64,000 nt of DNA from an uncultured candidate division Zixibacteria bacterium (GTDB lineage: Bacteria; Zixibacteria; MSB-5A5; GN15; PGXB01). The translations under genes and the position numbers were made by a program. The notes below the pieces were generated by a model. That model was given only the letters and a program-made list of their open reading frames with translations, was not told the DNA's origin and searched no databases. The stretch spans positions 480,001-544,000 of the forward strand of contig OY969724.1 of NCBI GenBank assembly GCA_963702205.1. Reading direction: 5' to 3'. Shown piece by piece: positions 61,575 through 64,000 of this stretch. How positions within the stretch are numbered: the first letter of the stretch is position 1; every line of letters begins with the position of its first letter.

Positions 61575-63362
61575 TCACTTCACCGTCGCCGGTTGCTCGA
61601 CCGGGACAATCGCTTCGGGTTTACAAACCTGGGCACAGAGAGTACAACCGGTGCACAAAGTGGCGTCGATTAGCGCCTTGGGCAGACCGTTCTCGGCCTT
61701 TTCTTCGGACGGCAAAATCGCCGGGCAGCCGATCCGGAAACAGGCGCTGCAGCCGTTGCAGTCGTCGAGGTTGACGCGGTACGGCCGGTCGATGATGCGC
61801 TTGGGCATCAGGACACAGGCGCGCTGCGTGATAATCACCGACGGCCCGTCTTTGGCGGTTTCTTCTTTGACGACATCAATCGTGCCCTGGTAATCATAGG
61901 GATCGATTTCTCGGATATTGTTTTCTTCGACGCCCAGCGCCTTGCACAGCTCGGCAAAATTAACCTGCTTGGTTTCCTCACCCATGAGCGTGTGGCCGGT
62001 GGCCGGGTGCTGCTGGCCGCCGGTCATAGCGGTGATGCGGTTGTCGAGAATCATGACGGTTATATTGCTCTTGTTATAGACGGCGTCCAACAGACCGGTT
62101 ATGCCGGAGTGTAAGAAAGTCGAATCGCCCAGCACGGCCACCACGCCGTTCTGCGACGCGCCGACTTTGTCCATGCCGATGGCATTGCCGATCGACGCGC
62201 CCATACAGATACAACTGTCCATAGTCTGCAGCGGCGGCAGGACGCCGAGAGTGTAGCAGCCGATATCGCCGGTCACCGGCAGCTTGAGTTTTCTCAGGGC
62301 CATGAAGGCTCCGCGATGCGGACAGCCGGGGCACAATATCGGCGGCCTCGGAAACAGCGGTTCCGGTTCGAAATCGGCGCCTTTGGCTTCGCTTAAAAGC
62401 CCGGCTTCTTTCAGGCCGAGGGCGACTTTGTATGGCGACAGCTCGCCCAGCCGCGAGAAGTATTTCTTCCCCTCGATTTTTATCCCGGCGGCGTTGATTA
62501 TTTCCTCGTAGTACGGTTCCAGCTCTTCGACTACCAGCACGTGCTTGTGGGCTTCCACGAATTTTTTAATTTTATCCAGTGGCAGCGGAAAACCGAGACC
62601 GAGTTTGAAACAGTCAGAGTCGGGAATATTGTCTTTGACATACTGGTACGAAATCCCGCCAGTGATGATGCCAATATCCGAGCCGTTGTCTTCGGCGATA
62701 TTAAGATCGGTCTCTTCGGCGAATTTTCTGAGTTTCTCCAACCGTTCCGCTACGACGACGTGCCGCTTCTTGGCGTTGGCCGGAATCATGACGTACTTGG
62801 GCATGTCATGCTCAAACTTGAATTTGGGTGGGTCGATCGGATCGTACAGCTCGACAATCCCCTTCGAGTGCGAAATGCGGGTGGTCAGGCGAAGCATGAC
62901 CGGGGTATCGAACTGCTCTGAAATTTCAAGAGCGCGTTTGACGAAATCCTTGGCTTCCTGCGAATCGGACGGCTCCAGAAACGGTATCTGGGCAAACTTG
63001 GCGAAAAAGCGGTTGTCCTGCTCGTTCTGTGAGGAGTGCATCTCGGGATCGTCGGCCGATATGACCACAAACCCGGCCCGCACGCCGGTATAGGCGAAAG
63101 TCATAAACGGGTCGGCCGCGACGTTGAGGCCGACGTGCTTCATTGCCACCAGCGAGCGTCCGCCACCCAGCGAACCGCCGATACCGACTTCGAAGGCCAC
63201 CTTCTCGTTGGGCGACCATTCCGAGTAGATCGACTTGTACTGTGCGCCGATGGTTTCGAGAATTTCTGTTGACGGTGTTCCCGGGTAGGCCGAGGCCAGT
63301 TTGACACCGGCTTCATACGCTCCCCGCGCCACCGCTTCATTTCCGGATAGTATTTCTTTCAT
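61575..63362 (-). CDS. iorA: Indolepyruvate:ferredoxin oxidoreductase alpha subunit
   Basis: YPGTPSTE, KHVGLNVA, CPGCPHR, GDIGCY and GDSTFLHSG motifs; two C-terminal CxxCxxC ferredoxin motifs. Confidence 0.95.
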   Translation of the reverse strand: MKEILSGNEAVARGAYEAGVKLASAYPGTPSTEILETIGAQYKSIYSEWSPNEKVAFEVGIGGSLGGGRSLVAMKHVGLNVAADPFMTFAYTGVRAGFVVISADDPEMHSSQNEQDNRFFAKFAQIPFLEPSDSQEAKDFVKRALEISEQFDTPVMLRLTTRISHSKGIVELYDPIDPPKFKFEHDMPKYVMIPANAKKRHVVVAERLEKLRKFAEETDLNIAEDNGSDIGIITGGISYQYVKDNIPDSDCFKLGLGFPLPLDKIKKFVEAHKHVLVVEELEPYYEEIINAAGIKIEGKKYFSRLGELSPYKVALGLKEAGLLSEAKGADFEPEPLFPRPPILCPGCPHRGAFMALRKLKLPVTGDIGCYTLGVLPPLQTMDSCICMGASIGNAIGMDKVGASQNGVVAVLGDSTFLHSGITGLLDAVYNKSNITVMILDNRITAMTGGQQHPATGHTLMGEETKQVNFAELCKALGVEENNIREIDPYDYQGTIDVVKEETAKDGPSVIITQRACVLMPKRIIDRPYRVNLDDCNGCSACFRIGCPAILPSEEKAENGLPKALIDATLCTGCTLCAQVCKPEAIVPVEQPATVK

Positions 63363-63572
63363 ATATATTCTCAAATGTTTAGTAATTAAGTTTTCCTGAG
63401 CCTAATTATAACAGAAAGCGCCCGCCGGCGCAACCGGTCGCAACAAGAAATAGAGATTGCCCGAAACAACTGCAGGGTCTATATTAATACACGGAATCGA
63501 TGATTTCTCGTGTGCCAAGAATTCTATACTTTTGACGATAGGCTTGAATTTTAAAATTCATGGGGGAATCAA

Positions 63573-63803
63573 ATGGCGCATTCAGTTTACAAATCAATCG
63601 TCCAAGCTGTTAAGAACGGAATATTAAAGGAGCCATTTAGAGCCGAAGATGTAAAACAAAGTTGTCCCGGATTTGCAGATAGAACCTATTCCAACTTCCT
63701 GCCAAAACATAGGAAGGGAAATCCGACCGATAAGTCAGAATTGTTTGAACAATTACCTTCTGGAGCATATAAATTGATTAGGCCATATAAGTATGGATTA
63801 TAA
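63573..63803 (+). CDS. Small basic hypothetical protein (AT-rich, possibly winged-helix)
   Basis: GGGGGA RBS and ATG; 76-aa ORF. Confidence 0.55.
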   Translation: MAHSVYKSIVQAVKNGILKEPFRAEDVKQSCPGFADRTYSNFLPKHRKGNPTDKSELFEQLPSGAYKLIRPYKYGL

Positions 63804-64000
63804 TTATTATTAGTGGTGACAAGAAGATTGCTTAATAGCAAATTAGCAAAATTGGGGACTATTTTTTTAAATAATACAATATAAATCTATTAGTCTTCTA
63901 GACTTTATGCTCGTTTCATTTCAAACCATGCGACTTTATCCATTTTTCAATACGAATTTGGGTATTGCTTGAAGACCGCATGGTACGTCTACCTCTTTTC

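Noticed and set aside
63804..64000. AT-rich edge sequence, possibly the end of a - strand gene
   Set aside because: Too little sequence in the window to call.

Overview
This 64-kb window is bacterial chromosome of moderate GC from an anaerobe with a peptide-fermenting gene set. The dockerin-like and T9SS-like C-terminal tags suggest a Zixibacteria/FCB-like lineage, but that is inference only. Core content: a PEP-synthase-like protein (cut by the left edge), flavodiiron FprA, two GT4 glycosyltransferases, a hybrid histidine kinase, six peptidases (two PepF, SppA, M16, S8, DA1-like), hflX, a VWA/AAA pair, two tRNA-Lys genes, an FKBP, gdhA and an iorAB-buk-ptb-ptb operon. AT-rich cargo genes (UvrD, a Panacea toxin-antitoxin pair, promoter-repeat cassettes) and dense REP-like palindromes are interspersed. 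The strongest candidate new system is an SbnI/SerK-like free-serine kinase placed directly upstream of a stand-alone TrpB2, which would form a two-step Ser -> O-phosphoserine + indole -> Trp module. Other highlights: a small secreted 'HPWGG' protein coupled to a TPR-sigma54 activator (RRNPP-like peptide sensing); a KamA-family enzyme with glutamate-2,3-aminomutase-type residues; a ~150-nt transcript with a 16S-complementary leader and an 11-aa ORF; tRNA-derived tandem repeats; and a secreted plant-DA1-like LIM peptidase. Four genes are split by 1-bp indels, two of them inside the same 10-mer. All family calls are from motif recognition by eye; no searches were run.
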